Assembly (NCBI GenBank): GCA_919902105.1
Contig: CAKKQO010000017.1
Span: forward strand, 3,305 to 67,304
Source of the DNA: Omnitrophica bacterium GWA2_41_15
GTDB lineage: Bacteria > Omnitrophota > Gorgyraeia > Ghiorseimicrobiales > Ghiorseimicrobiaceae
Length of the DNA: 64,000 nt
Direction of reading: 5' to 3'
The position numbers were made by a program, and so were the translations under genes. This document shows positions 42,642 through 52,736 of this stretch, in pieces (position 1 is the first letter of the stretch; every line of letters begins with the position of its first letter). The notes under the pieces were generated by a model. It saw nothing but the letters and a program-made list of their open reading frames with translations, searched no databases and was not told the origin of the DNA.

Positions 42642-42710
42642 GGCATATCCCACCTCAGAAGGCATAGTAAGTCCTATCCTTATTATTAGGATTAGGCGAG
42701 AACAGAAATC

Positions 42711-42826
42711 TGCTCCTTGCTTGAGCGCTAGTAAATTTCTTACGAAATTTACTACGCAAGCTGCGGAGTCAATTCGCGCAAAATAATTTACATCAGCTTC
42801 GCTTCTGTAAATTATGCGCTCATTGA
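42711..42826 (+). repeat. BH family copy C: Q module + terminal hairpin, abutting the accA start
   Basis: Q module 42711-42775, GCGCAAAATAATTTACA...TGTAAATTATGCGC hairpin, then TCATTGA directly fused to ATG 42827. Confidence 0.75.
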
Positions 42827-43792
42827 ATGGCTAATTTAGATTTTGAACGGCCTATAAAAGAATTAGAAAAAAAAATAGAAGAGTTAAAGCATTTTTCTTC
42901 CGAGCGCAAGGTTGATTTATCTACAGAGATTAAAACCTTAGAAGAGAAGTTATTAAAATTACGTAAAGAAACCTACCAGAATCTAACTGCTTGGCAGAGG
43001 GTGCAGATTGCCCGCCATCCTAGGCGGCCATATACTATAGATTATATAAAACTCATTACTACAGATTTTATTGAACTGCACGGTGACAGGCTTTTTGGCG
43101 ACGATAAAGCTATAATTTCTGGCTTTGCAAAGATAGAACCGTATAAAGTTTTGATTATCGGCCAGCAAAAAGGCCGCGATATCAAGGAAAATATTTTACG
43201 TAACTTTGGCTGCGCGCATCCAGAGGGTTTTAGAAAAAGTATGCGCCTGATGAAGCTTGCCGCACAGTTTAATCTGCCTATTGTGGTTTTTATTGATACG
43301 CCAGGCGCCTATCCGGGAATCGGCGCAGAAGAAAGAGGCCAGGCGCAGGCAATTGCAGAAAACCTGCGCGATATGACAAAAATAAATGTGCCGATAGTGG
43401 TGATTGTAATCGGCGAGGGGGGCTCAGGCGGTGCACTCGGTATAGGCGTTGGGGACAGGGTCTGTATTTTAGAAAACGCCTACTATTCGGTTATCTCTCC
43501 TGAGGGGTGCGCGGCTATCCTCTGGAAAGATAGCGCAAAGGCGCCACTTGCGGCTGAGGCGCTTAAGCTGACCTCAGAAGATTTGTTTAAGGCAGGTTTA
43601 ATCGACGAAATTATCCCTGAGCCGTTAGGGGGGGCGCATAACAATCCCCAAGAGACAGCTCGGAGTATCAGACAAACCATCCTTAAATATCTAAAAGAGC
43701 TAAACTTGATTCCTGAAGATAAACTGCTGGAATTAAGATACGAAAAGTTTAGAAAAGTAGGCAGAATTAGCCCTTCGACTCCTTCGGGGTAA
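42827..43792 (+). CDS. accA: Acetyl-CoA carboxylase carboxyltransferase alpha subunit
   Basis: 321 aa. [41 protein letters not shown] blocks. Short GC-rich C-terminal tail ISPSTPSG. Confidence 0.9.
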   Translation: MANLDFERPIKELEKKIEELKHFSSERKVDLSTEIKTLEEKLLKLRKETYQNLTAWQRVQIARHPRRPYTIDYIKLITTDFIELHGDRLFGDDKAIISGFAKIEPYKVLIIGQQKGRDIKENILRNFGCAHPEGFRKSMRLMKLAAQFNLPIVVFIDTPGAYPGIGAEERGQAQAIAENLRDMTKINVPIVVIVIGEGGSGGALGIGVGDRVCILENAYYSVISPEGCAAILWKDSAKAPLAAEALKLTSEDLFKAGLIDEIIPEPLGGAHNNPQETARSIRQTILKYLKELNLIPEDKLLELRYEKFRKVGRISPSTPSG

Positions 43793-43821
43793 CCCCCCTT
43801 CCTAAAAACCGCTTTAACAAA

Positions 43822-44844
43822 ATGGAAAAACAAGATATAAAAAATCTGTCTTTGGCAGAATTAAAGGCAGATTTACTTGCCTTATCTTTTGCTCCTTATG
43901 TAGCAGAGCAAATTTTCACTTGGCTCTATAAAAAGAGAATAAGTAGTTTTTCTGGAATGTCCAATATCTCTAAGGGCAATATTTCTAAATTAAAAAATAA
44001 ATTTTATATCGGTGATATAGCCTTGAAAGATAAGTTGATATCCAAAGACGGAACAATAAAATTTCTCTTTGGATTAATAGATAAAGAGGCGGTAGAGACC
44101 GTATTTATTCCCGCCAAAAACAGGAATACCCTTTGCCTTTCTTCACAGGTAGGCTGTAAATTCAGGTGTTTATTTTGCGCCAGCGGCAAGAGTTTTGTCA
44201 GAAATTTATCCGTTTCTGAAATCACTTCGCAGTTATCCAGAATAATTGAGATTACAGGCGCCGCGGTAAGCCACCTCGTATTTATGGGAATAGGCGAGCC
44301 GTTGGATAATTATGATAATGTATTTAAAGCCGTACGGATTTTTAACGCTCCTTCGGCTTTTAATATCGGCGCGCGCCGCATTACCATTTCTACCTGCGGC
44401 ATAATCCCTGCGATTGAAAATTTAGCACGGCAAGGCCTGCAGGTAGAATTATCCATATCTTTACATGCGGCAGATAATGAGCTAAGGAATAAGCTTATGC
44501 CCGTGAATAAAAGGTACCCTTTGGATAAATTAATTTCCTGCGTGCGCGAGTATATAAAACAAACTAACCGCCAGATTACCTTCGAGTATATTTTAATAAA
44601 AGGATTAAATGATAGTTTATCTTGCGCCGATAAATTGTCTAAGCTTTTATCCGGGCTAAATTTTAAAGTTAACCTTATTCTATTTAATCTGCAGGAAGGG
44701 TCTTGTTTTCAGCCGCCAGACAAAAAACTTGTCTTAGGTTTTAAAGAGCGGCTGATAAAAAATGGCACTCATGCAACTACAAGAGCATCACGCGGCCAGG
44801 ATATTCGTGCTGCCTGCGGGCAATTAAGAATAGCGCATAATTAG
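43822..44844 (+). CDS. rlmN: 23S rRNA/tRNA (adenine-C2)-methyltransferase RlmN (radical SAM)
   Basis: 340 aa. CLSSQVGCKFRCLFCASG, MGIGEPLDN, C-terminal IRAACGQL. Confidence 0.85.
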   Translation: MEKQDIKNLSLAELKADLLALSFAPYVAEQIFTWLYKKRISSFSGMSNISKGNISKLKNKFYIGDIALKDKLISKDGTIKFLFGLIDKEAVETVFIPAKNRNTLCLSSQVGCKFRCLFCASGKSFVRNLSVSEITSQLSRIIEITGAAVSHLVFMGIGEPLDNYDNVFKAVRIFNAPSAFNIGARRITISTCGIIPAIENLARQGLQVELSISLHAADNELRNKLMPVNKRYPLDKLISCVREYIKQTNRQITFEYILIKGLNDSLSCADKLSKLLSGLNFKVNLILFNLQEGSCFQPPDKKLVLGFKERLIKNGTHATTRASRGQDIRAACGQLRIAHN

Positions 44845-44880
44845 GGACACATCCCATTTTTAAAAAATGGGATGTGTCCC
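44844..44880. repeat. Perfect 18-bp-arm palindrome between rlmN and the deacetylase gene
   Basis: GGGACACATCCCATTTTT / AAAAATGGGATGTGTCCC with no spacer. Overlaps the last base of the rlmN stop codon. Confidence 0.85.
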
Positions 44881-44891
44881 TAATAAATAAT

Positions 44892-45797
44892 ATGCACATA
44901 ATTTACTCTCCCAAATACGAAGTGGATATTGGCGGTCATGTTTTTCCGACGGCAAAATACCGCCTGATAAAAGAAAGGTTGGCCAAGGAAGGCATAGCGG
45001 CTAAGCAAGATTTTATCCAACCGCAAAAGGCAACGGATGACGAGGTGGGCTTGGCACATACTTCCGCCTATATTGAGAAGTTAAAAACAGGAACGTTAAC
45101 TTACGTTGAGATGTTAAAACTAGAACTACCGTATTCTAAAGATTTGGTTGATGCATCATATCTTTGCGCCGGAGGGACTATTTTAGCTGCGCGCCAGGCG
45201 CTCAAAGAAAAAATAGCCGTGCATTTAGGCGGGGGATTTCATCATGCGTATGCCGACCACGGCGAAGGATTTTGTGTTTTTAATGATGCAGCCATTGCGA
45301 TAAAGGTTTTACAAAGTGAACATTTGATTAAAAAAGCAGTAGTTATTGATGTGGATTTACATCAGGGAAACGGAACGGCAAAAATTTTTCAGGGAGATAA
45401 AAACGTTTTTACTTTTTCTATCCATCAGGAAAATCTTTATCCCTACCCTAAGGGAAAAAGCAATTGGGATATCGGCCTTGAAGATGGATGTGGCGATAAA
45501 GAGTATTTAGGGTTTTTGAAGGAAGCAGTCGAAAAAATAATTAGAGAGTTTAAGCCTGATTTTGCTATCTATTTGGCCGGAGCTGACCCCTATCAAGATG
45601 ACCAATTGGGTAGTTTGGATATTTCACTTGCAGGATTAAAAGAAAGGGATGAATTTACCTTAAGGTCCCTATATAAAAACAATGTCCCTGTGGCAATTGT
45701 CTTAGGCGGAGGGTATGCCTGTGACATAGAAGATACGGTTACAATACATGCCAATACCGTAAAATCCGCTTTAAATTTGCCCAAAATTACACCTTAA
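44892..45797 (+). CDS. Histone deacetylase-family (class II/AcuC-like) zinc deacetylase
   Basis: ATG 44892. GGGFHHA, GFCVFND, DVDLHQGNGT, GADPY motifs. Confidence 0.8.
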   Translation: MHIIYSPKYEVDIGGHVFPTAKYRLIKERLAKEGIAAKQDFIQPQKATDDEVGLAHTSAYIEKLKTGTLTYVEMLKLELPYSKDLVDASYLCAGGTILAARQALKEKIAVHLGGGFHHAYADHGEGFCVFNDAAIAIKVLQSEHLIKKAVVIDVDLHQGNGTAKIFQGDKNVFTFSIHQENLYPYPKGKSNWDIGLEDGCGDKEYLGFLKEAVEKIIREFKPDFAIYLAGADPYQDDQLGSLDISLAGLKERDEFTLRSLYKNNVPVAIVLGGGYACDIEDTVTIHANTVKSALNLPKITP

Positions 45798-45806
45798 CAT
45801 GGGCAA

Positions 45807-45836
45807 ATTTACCCTGAGCGTATTCGAAGGGTAAAT
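45807..45836. terminator. Hairpin between convergent genes (possible bidirectional terminator)
   Basis: ATTTACCCT-gagcgtattcga-AGGGTAAAT. Confidence 0.55.
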
Positions 45837-45851
45837 ATCGCAATAAATAAC

Positions 45852-46139
45852 TTATTTTGTTTTTTTCGCTTTACTTGAAGACTTGGCAGGTTTTTCTGGT
45901 TTTATATTGATAAGGGTGTGTATGTTACTTTTTCTGTAGGCGCTTCTTTTCTTGGTAAAATAGACTGTCCCGTCTGCCTTAGCAAAAAGCGTGCCTTCGC
46001 CCGCAACATTTAGGCCCCTTTTCCACTTGTCGCCTTGACGGGTTAGAATTGAGCCGCTTCTCACAAATTGTCCCGCATTGACTTTTAAACCCCGCGTTTC
46101 TTTATAATGTATATGGGATAACCCCCCGCGTTGTGCCAT
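45852..46139 (-). CDS. rpmA: Ribosomal protein L27, divergent N-terminus and extended basic C-terminus
   Basis: 95 aa. GSILTRQ.....G.NV..G.GTLFAKADGTVYF aligns by eye with the E. coli L27 core. The canonical N-terminal AHKKAGGSTRNG is replaced by AQRGGLSHIHYK. Confidence 0.7.
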   Translation of the reverse strand: MAQRGGLSHIHYKETRGLKVNAGQFVRSGSILTRQGDKWKRGLNVAGEGTLFAKADGTVYFTKKRSAYRKSNIHTLINIKPEKPAKSSSKAKKTK

Positions 46140-46147
46140 AGTAAAAT

Positions 46148-46269
46148 CCTCCTCAATGACGACACGACTTATGGAAATCGTAGATTGATATAAGTCGTAT
46201 GTCGGAATTGATACCGAAAGCTGCGATAAAAATTTGGAACAAATTTTTGAAGCGTTTTACTTTCGGTAT
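46148..46269 (-). repeat. BH family copy E (minus orientation), abutting the rpmA start
   Basis: On the - strand: ATACCGAAAG[...AAAAATTT..AAATTTTT...]CTTTCGGTAT, CAATTCC, GACATACGACTTAT...ATAAGTCGTGTC, GTCATTGAGGAGG, 8 nt, ATG. Confidence 0.75.
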
Positions 46270-46348
46270 TAATGCTAAAAATTTCTAATTTTATTCACTG
46301 ATTCAAAGCGCCATATTATATGTAATTTGAGCCATTTTGTCAATGGGC

Positions 46349-46377
46349 TTGACATTTAATGTTTCTTAGGTTATACT
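46349..46377 (+). promoter_or_regulatory. Promoter TTGACA-17-TATACT for the marR-efflux operon
   Basis: TTGACA 46349-46354, TATACT 46372-46377. Confidence 0.65.
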
Positions 46378-46426
46378 TCTTAATAGAGTTAATAGTTAAT
46401 ATACTTAAATATTATGGGGATTAAAT

Positions 46427-46882
46427 ATGCCAGAGATTTCACTCTCGGAATTTGCCGATAAATTAAACCAGCTTATGCCAGCTATTATCAAGGAATTTGC
46501 CCGCAGGCAGACAAATGAATTATATAAAGGAAAGATTACCCTGCCGCAATTTTTGATTCTTGGTTTTTTAGAGAGAGGGGGCGAGTCTAGGATGACCGAT
46601 ATTGCCCGTTTTATGGGGATAACTACTGCCGCTTCAACCGGTATCGTAGATAGATTAGTAAGGGCAGGTTATACTGTAAGAAGCTATGATATTAATGACC
46701 GGCGGATTATCCGGATGAAACTGACTCAATCAGGCAGTATCTTGGTAAAAAAGGTAAATAAAGAGCGTAGAGCGATGATTATCGATATCTTTGGAAAAAT
46801 CTCACAAGCTGAACGCGAGAAATACTTAGAGATATTGACGCATATTTATAGTATTTTAACAGCGCATCAAACAAGGGCGTAA
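46427..46882 (+). CDS. MarR-family transcriptional regulator
   Basis: 151 aa. Winged-helix pattern LPQFLILGFL...MTDIARFMGITTAASTGIVDRLV..GY..R.....DRR. Confidence 0.8.
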   Translation: MPEISLSEFADKLNQLMPAIIKEFARRQTNELYKGKITLPQFLILGFLERGGESRMTDIARFMGITTAASTGIVDRLVRAGYTVRSYDINDRRIIRMKLTQSGSILVKKVNKERRAMIIDIFGKISQAEREKYLEILTHIYSILTAHQTRA

Positions 46883-46888
46883 GGTTAG

Positions 46889-48154
46889 ATGAATAAAATA
46901 GGCCTGTGTCTAATAATTTTTACCCTTTTTGCTTCTCGGTTAGCTTTGGCGGAAGAAGTGACTCTTTCTTTGGAGGAGGCAGTGGTTTTGGCTTTAAGGG
47001 ACAACAGCGATATTTTACTAAAAGCCGAAGAAATAGAAAAAGCAAAGGCAAAAATTGCCGAGGCCAATGCCGCGCTTTTTCCGACACTGAATTTTACCAG
47101 CACTTATTCTCAAACCCTAGGGTTATACTCAAATAATTTAAGCCAAGACAGCTTCCAACTTACGCTGAAAGAATATTTATATAAGGGCGGCAAGATTATT
47201 AATACTATTGAGCAGAATAAACAAAAATTAGTTGTCGCATCTCTCTTATTGGAAAAAGCGAGATTAGAGACGGTTTTAAAAGTAAAGAAGGCGTTTCTTA
47301 CGCTTTTATTATCGCAAGAATTTACAAAGTTAAACAAGGAGATATTGGATAATACAGAAAAACACCTCGATTCGTTAAAAGAACGTTACAAAAAAGGTGA
47401 GGCATCGGAATCAGATATTTTACGCATTGAGTCACCTTTTGCTGCAGCAAAGGAGGCTTTTGAAGCGGCGCTTAGCGATGTAGATGCAACTCGCGAATTA
47501 TTACGTAATTTATTGTATTTGAGTGAAGAGGTAAATATCAAGCCCAAAGGCGAATTTATCTATTCCGGCCGGCAGATTGCCTTAAGCGAAGCCTTTTTAA
47601 AGGCGCTTAAGGAGCGCCCTGAGATAAAACAGTACGCAGCGCAAGAAGAGGCGGATAAAAAAGCCATCGAGATTGCAAAAGCGGATGCGCGGCCGTCTAT
47701 TTATGTCTCAGGAGATTATTATAATCGTTCGCATCTTAGTGCGACAGAGGCGCGTAACCGCAACGATTATGCTGTCGCGGGTATAACTTTGTCTTGGCCG
47801 ATATTCGACGGATGGCTGACTAAGGCAAAGATAGAGCAGGCTATTTCTGATTTAAGACAGACTCAACTGACAAAAGAAAAAATAATTAAAGATATTGCTT
47901 TAGAATTAAGGCAGGCCTATTTGGGATTAAAGGATGCGCTTGCTAAAATTAGGACTAAATTTTCAGAATTATTATTTTTTAAAGATAATTTTTCTGTAGT
48001 AAAACAAAAGTATGAAGAAGGGTTGGCGAGCTCTTTAGATTTAGAGGATACCGCTTTAAAATATAACCTATCATTATTTAATCAAAAGCAGGCAATTTAT
48101 GATTATTTATTGGCAAGCGCCGACTTTGAAAAGGCAAGCGGCGAATCGAGGTGA
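46889..48154 (+). CDS. TolC-family outer-membrane efflux channel
   Basis: 421 aa. Signal peptide and two-repeat OEP architecture (LSLEEAVVLAL..N.D.., repeated coiled segments). Confidence 0.8.
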   Translation: MNKIGLCLIIFTLFASRLALAEEVTLSLEEAVVLALRDNSDILLKAEEIEKAKAKIAEANAALFPTLNFTSTYSQTLGLYSNNLSQDSFQLTLKEYLYKGGKIINTIEQNKQKLVVASLLLEKARLETVLKVKKAFLTLLLSQEFTKLNKEILDNTEKHLDSLKERYKKGEASESDILRIESPFAAAKEAFEAALSDVDATRELLRNLLYLSEEVNIKPKGEFIYSGRQIALSEAFLKALKERPEIKQYAAQEEADKKAIEIAKADARPSIYVSGDYYNRSHLSATEARNRNDYAVAGITLSWPIFDGWLTKAKIEQAISDLRQTQLTKEKIIKDIALELRQAYLGLKDALAKIRTKFSELLFFKDNFSVVKQKYEEGLASSLDLEDTALKYNLSLFNQKQAIYDYLLASADFEKASGESR

Positions 48155-49074
48155 AGAAAATGAAAAAAATAACCATATTTATAGGGTTGCTTTTGGCCGG
48201 CTTTATTCTTTTTAAGCTGTTTTATCAGAGGCCTGCTTTAAAAGAAGAGGCTTTGCCTAAGGGCCTAACCCAAAGTATAGCAGTTAAGGCCACGCAAGTT
48301 AAAAAAGAGGATTTGAATCTTATGCTCTCCTATGCCGGGACCATTAAGGCAAAAGAAGAGGTCAGGGTTTATTCAAAAGTTACGGGTAAATTAGCAGAAT
48401 ATCTGGTCAGAGAGGGCGAGCATATAGAAAAAGGCCAGACGATTGCCCTTGTCGACAGGGATGAAACCGGCCTTAAATATGAATTGGCTAAAGTAGAATC
48501 CCCCATATCCGGTATTGTCGGAGAAACCATGCTGGATAAGGGGGCTGTGGTTTTACCTACTTCAGGGATAGTCCCCGGAACCACCTTAGCTATAGTTGTA
48601 GACATGGATAAGATGACTGTAAAATTAGACATCCCGGAAGTGGACGTGCCTTATTTTAAGAATGGCCTAAAGGCAAAGGTGCAGGCAGACGCCTATCCGA
48701 ATGAAGATTTTTTAGGCGAGGTTTCTAAGGTGAGCGAGGTAGTGGATACGGCGACGCGTACGCTACCCGTGGAAATAACTATTTCTAATGATGAACATCG
48801 CCTTAAGTCCGGGATGTTTGCCCGGATAAAAATATACGCCGCAGAGTTAAAAGACAGGTTGGTCCTGCCGCAGGACGCCCTGATTCAGGAATTAGGGCAG
48901 AATTATGTTTTTCTGGTAGAGGATAACACTGCCAAGAAGAAAAAAGTAACTTTAGGCGTGCACGATGATGGCAATGTGGAAATAACCGAAGGCGTAAGTT
49001 TCGGCGACAAGATAATTGTCTTTGGGCAGCAGGGTTTAAAAGACGGCACACCTGTGGAACTAAGAGAGGAATAG
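48151..49074 (+). CDS. RND efflux periplasmic adaptor (HlyD/MFP family)
   Basis: 307 aa. TM anchor, then lipoyl and beta-barrel segments (SPISGIV, LPQDALI, VFLVEDN.AKKK.V.LG). Confidence 0.8.
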   Translation: MKKMKKITIFIGLLLAGFILFKLFYQRPALKEEALPKGLTQSIAVKATQVKKEDLNLMLSYAGTIKAKEEVRVYSKVTGKLAEYLVREGEHIEKGQTIALVDRDETGLKYELAKVESPISGIVGETMLDKGAVVLPTSGIVPGTTLAIVVDMDKMTVKLDIPEVDVPYFKNGLKAKVQADAYPNEDFLGEVSKVSEVVDTATRTLPVEITISNDEHRLKSGMFARIKIYAAELKDRLVLPQDALIQELGQNYVFLVEDNTAKKKKVTLGVHDDGNVEITEGVSFGDKIIVFGQQGLKDGTPVELREE

Positions 49075-49076
49075 GT

Positions 49077-52000
49077 ATGAAATTACCCCAATTTGGCGTA
49101 AAATTTCCGGTTACTAATATTATGATTTTCTTCGCGGTGTTAGTATTGGGGCTGGTAGCGTTGTCTAAACTGCATATCGATCTTATGCCTGAGATTGAGC
49201 CGCCGGTGATCTCGGTAATTACCGTTTATGAAGGGGCGGGCGCCGAAGACGTTGAGACAAAGGTCACGGAAATTATCGAGAATAATTTAGCCACCGTTTC
49301 AAACTTAGATAAGATAACATCGCGTTCGCTGGAAGGCCTTTCTGTTGTCAGCTGCCGTTTTAATTGGGGGACAAACCTTGATGAGGCATCCAACGATGTG
49401 CGCGATAAATTAGAATTTGCCAAGCGGCTCTTACCCGAAGAGATAGAAACGCCCATAGTATTTAAGTTTAATACCGCGATGATTCCGATATTATTTGTCG
49501 GGGTAAGTTCTCCAGCTGAAAAATACCCCCAGCTGTATCATTTAGTAGATAAAGAGGTTAGCGACGAACTAAAAAGAATCCCGGGAGTGGGCGCAGTACA
49601 GATGTACGGAGGCCTGGAGCGCCAGATTAACGTTAAGCTCGACCGCGCGCGCATGGAAGCATATAACCTCTCTACCCAAAAAATAATAGAAAGGCTATCG
49701 CAGGAAAATATCACCCTGCCGGCGGGTAATCTAAAAACCGGATATCTCGATTATACTTTAAGGCTTATCGGAGAATTCCGCAGCCCCGCGCAATTAAGAG
49801 ATGTTATTTTGGCGCAGGCAGGCGAGAAGAAGGTCTATTTAAAAGACGTAGCGGAAATAGAGGATTCCTACAAAGAAGAAACCATGGTCCTAAGGACCAA
49901 CGGTAAGCCAGGTGTAATGATGATGGTGCAGAAGCGCTCCGGAGCAAATACCGTAGATATAGCCCGGAAAATAAAAGCCGAGCTGAAAAAAATAGAAAAA
50001 CGTCTTCCACAAGACATAAAATTTTCTATTCTTATGGACAGCTCAGAGCATATTATTCAGTCTATCAGGGATTTAACACAGACACTTTACTGGGGCGGCA
50101 TATTCGTTGTTTTGGTAGTGTATATATTTTTACGCCAAATCCGCCCGAGCTTGATTATCGCCCTGACTATACCGTTTTCCCTGATTATTTCTTTTATCTT
50201 TATGTATTTTTTCGGCTACACGCTTAATATTCTTTCACTTTCCAGTCTTGCCATTGCTATCGGTATGGTGGTAGATAATGCTATTGTTATTGTAGATAAC
50301 GCCTATCGCCATCGTGAGCGCGGGGAAAGCCCGCATGATGCGGCGATAAACGGCGCCTCCGAGGTAGGGCTGGCAGTTTCCGCCTCAACATTTACCACGG
50401 TAGTCGTATTTCTTCCTATGATTTTTTTAAGCGGTATTACCGGCATAATGTTTAAACAGCTGGCGATAGTTATTACGGTAACGCTTCTGGCGTCACTTTT
50501 TACTGCTTTAACTTTTAGCGCAATGCTCTGCTCAAAATTATTAACCGTTCCTCCGCCCGAGAGATTTAACAATAAAAATAAATCATTATATCAGCGGTTT
50601 TACGCAATAAGCGGCAAGTTATTTACTTCTTTAGAGAGCGCCTATGGAAGGCTTTTAAACTGGGCGCTAAAACATAAAAAAACTACTGTTTTTATTGCTC
50701 TCGGAGTTTTTGTCTTGAGCCTAGCTTTGGTGCCGAAAATAGGCACGGAATTTATCCCTGAGGAAGATACAGGCGACTTAAATATCCAGATAGAGCTTCC
50801 TGTCGGGACTCGGGTTGAGGAGACGGATAAAATCGCAAAACAAGTAGAGGGAATTTTTAAAGAAGATGTTCCCGAGACAAGGACGATTTTTTCCCGGGTC
50901 GGCTATTCCAGCACCTCGCGTTTCGGCTCTGCTTTTGGGCAGAAATTAGGCTCTAATATTATTACGGTGGGAGCAAAGTTATCTTCCTTAACCGAGCGTA
51001 AGCGCACGGTGAAAGAAATCGCCGAAAATATCCGCCCTAAGATCCGTTCTCTTTTAGGTGTAAAGAAAATAAATATACAGGCAGGCAGCCCATTTTCTAG
51101 GATTTTATTCGGAGGAGGAAAGCCGATTTTAATAGAAATCTTAGGCCATGATTTAGAGATTACCGATAACATCGCCTATAAATTAAGGGATGAAATATCT
51201 CAAATAAAAGGCGTAACCGATGCGACCATTTCGCGCGAATTGGGTAAGCCGGAATTACAGGTAGATGTAGACAGGCTAAAGGCCGCGTCTTTGGGCCTGA
51301 ATATGGATTTGATTACAGATACACTGCGGACTTATTTTTACGGCAAAGCCGCTACCAAATACCGGGAGGCAGGCGATGAATACGATATCTTCGTGCGCTT
51401 AAAAGATTCCGACCGCAGGACTGTCAAAGATATAGAAGATATCCCGATAATCTCGGCAGGCGGTAAGATTGTCCGTTTAAATAACGTTGCCCAAGTGATA
51501 CACCGCACCGGCCCTATTGAAATTGAACGCCAGAACCAGGATAGAATTGTTAGGGTGGAAGCAAATACTTTCAAACGTTCTTTAGGCCAGATTACCAAAG
51601 ACATAAAAGAAGTTATCGTAAAAACCAATATCCCGTATGATGTCAGGATTAATTTAGGGGGCGATATAGAAGAGCAGGCTAAATCATTCCGCGATTTATT
51701 CGTGCTTTTTATTTTAGGCGGGATTTTGGTTTATATGGTAATGGCATCACAATTTGAGTCAATGCTTGACCCTTTTGTCGTAATATTCTCTGTGCCTTTC
51801 GCCTTCTGCGGCACTGCCTTCGGGCTTTTTTTAACCGGTATCCCCTTAAGCATAAATGCCTTTATCGGGCTGATTATGCTCGTCGGTATCGTAGTCAATA
51901 ACGCCATTGTTTTGGTGGACTATATTAATATCTTACGTAAGCGCGGCCTTTCAATACAAGAGGCAGTTACCATCGGCGGAGCAAATCGCCTGCGCCCCAT

Positions 52001-52196
52001 CCTCATGACTACCATCACTACTATATTCGGTATGCTTCCCTTGGCTTTATCCCGCGGCGAGGGTTCAGAACTCTGGCGGCCATTAGGTATCAGCATGCTC
52101 AGCGGACTAAGTCTATCAACCTTGGTTACTCTGGTGCTTGTGCCTGTAATTTACACACTTTTTAAACAGAAATCACAATTGCAGAAAATAAAATAG
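49077..52196 (+). CDS. RND-family efflux permease (AcrB/HAE1-like)
   Basis: 1039 aa with 12-TM two-lobe architecture and the conserved AIGMVVDNAIVIVDN and LVGIVVNNAIVLVDY motifs. Confidence 0.9.
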   Translation: MKLPQFGVKFPVTNIMIFFAVLVLGLVALSKLHIDLMPEIEPPVISVITVYEGAGAEDVETKVTEIIENNLATVSNLDKITSRSLEGLSVVSCRFNWGTNLDEASNDVRDKLEFAKRLLPEEIETPIVFKFNTAMIPILFVGVSSPAEKYPQLYHLVDKEVSDELKRIPGVGAVQMYGGLERQINVKLDRARMEAYNLSTQKIIERLSQENITLPAGNLKTGYLDYTLRLIGEFRSPAQLRDVILAQAGEKKVYLKDVAEIEDSYKEETMVLRTNGKPGVMMMVQKRSGANTVDIARKIKAELKKIEKRLPQDIKFSILMDSSEHIIQSIRDLTQTLYWGGIFVVLVVYIFLRQIRPSLIIALTIPFSLIISFIFMYFFGYTLNILSLSSLAIAIGMVVDNAIVIVDNAYRHRERGESPHDAAINGASEVGLAVSASTFTTVVVFLPMIFLSGITGIMFKQLAIVITVTLLASLFTALTFSAMLCSKLLTVPPPERFNNKNKSLYQRFYAISGKLFTSLESAYGRLLNWALKHKKTTVFIALGVFVLSLALVPKIGTEFIPEEDTGDLNIQIELPVGTRVEETDKIAKQVEGIFKEDVPETRTIFSRVGYSSTSRFGSAFGQKLGSNIITVGAKLSSLTERKRTVKEIAENIRPKIRSLLGVKKINIQAGSPFSRILFGGGKPILIEILGHDLEITDNIAYKLRDEISQIKGVTDATISRELGKPELQVDVDRLKAASLGLNMDLITDTLRTYFYGKAATKYREAGDEYDIFVRLKDSDRRTVKDIEDIPIISAGGKIVRLNNVAQVIHRTGPIEIERQNQDRIVRVEANTFKRSLGQITKDIKEVIVKTNIPYDVRINLGGDIEEQAKSFRDLFVLFILGGILVYMVMASQFESMLDPFVVIFSVPFAFCGTAFGLFLTGIPLSINAFIGLIMLVGIVVNNAIVLVDYINILRKRGLSIQEAVTIGGANRLRPILMTTITTIFGMLPLALSRGEGSELWRPLGISMLSGLSLSTLVTLVLVPVIYTLFKQKSQLQKIK

Positions 52197-52227
52197 CCTA
52201 ACTTTCAACAACGAGTTAGGCTATTTT
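52194..52227 (+). terminator. Intrinsic terminator after the RND gene
   Basis: TAGCCTAAC-tttcaacaacga-GTTAGGCTA + TTTT. Confidence 0.8.
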
Positions 52228-52231
52228 AGAT

Positions 52232-52317
52232 TGGTGCCGAAGAAGGGAGTTGAACCCTTACGAGCTTACGCTCATCGGTTTTTGAGACCGACGTGTATGC
52301 CATTCCACCACTTCGGC
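52232..52317 (-). tRNA. tRNA-Leu (anticodon CAA), class II with long variable arm, CCA encoded
   Basis: Reverse complement GCCGAAG-TG-...TCGGT-CTCAAAA-ACCGA...AAGGGTTCAACTCCCTT-CTTCGGC-ACCA folds as a cloverleaf with anticodon loop CU-CAA-AA. Confidence 0.9.
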
Positions 52318-52322
52318 AGTAT

Positions 52323-52736
52323 TTATTTAAATTTTTCTTTTACGCGATTACGCGTAAAGTAGAGTATAATGATGCTGTGGTAGATTATAGAAATTATATG
52401 TTTTACCGGGCTAGGTATAGTTGTTTCCAGCGCGCCGTTGATACTAATAATTTTAGCAAAGATCAAGATTTTACTTAAAACAATTATACTGGAAAAGTAA
52501 AGTAATAACCTGTAACAATTTAAGTTATGCCTTAGTATGCCGATGCCTATGCCTAATGAGGTTAAGGCAGTAAATAAGACAAATAAAAGCACATTCAGCG
52601 GTTTTGCGGATTTGCCTTGGATAAGGCTTAAAACCACCGCAAAAAGTGTAACCGCGCCGATAAAAATTTCTATCAAGCCAAATAGTCTTATGCCCAAATT
52701 ACGTTTCATTCTCAAATAAGATTTAGTTGACGCCAC
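52323..52736 (-). CDS. Hypothetical four-TM membrane protein
   Basis: 137-aa ORF, hydrophobic throughout, directly upstream of tRNA-Leu on the same strand. Confidence 0.35.
   Translation of the reverse strand: MASTKSYLRMKRNLGIRLFGLIEIFIGAVTLFAVVLSLIQGKSAKPLNVLLFVLFTALTSLGIGIGILRHNLNCYRLLLYFSSIIVLSKILIFAKIISINGALETTIPSPVKHIISIIYHSIIILYFTRNRVKEKFK

Noticed and set aside
46906-47136. 76-aa + strand ORF overlapping the start of the TolC-like gene in another frame. The 46885-47103 minus ORF was also considered.
   Set aside because: The TolC-family frame has a signal peptide and family architecture. The alternative frames are Gly/Arg/Ser-rich with no support.
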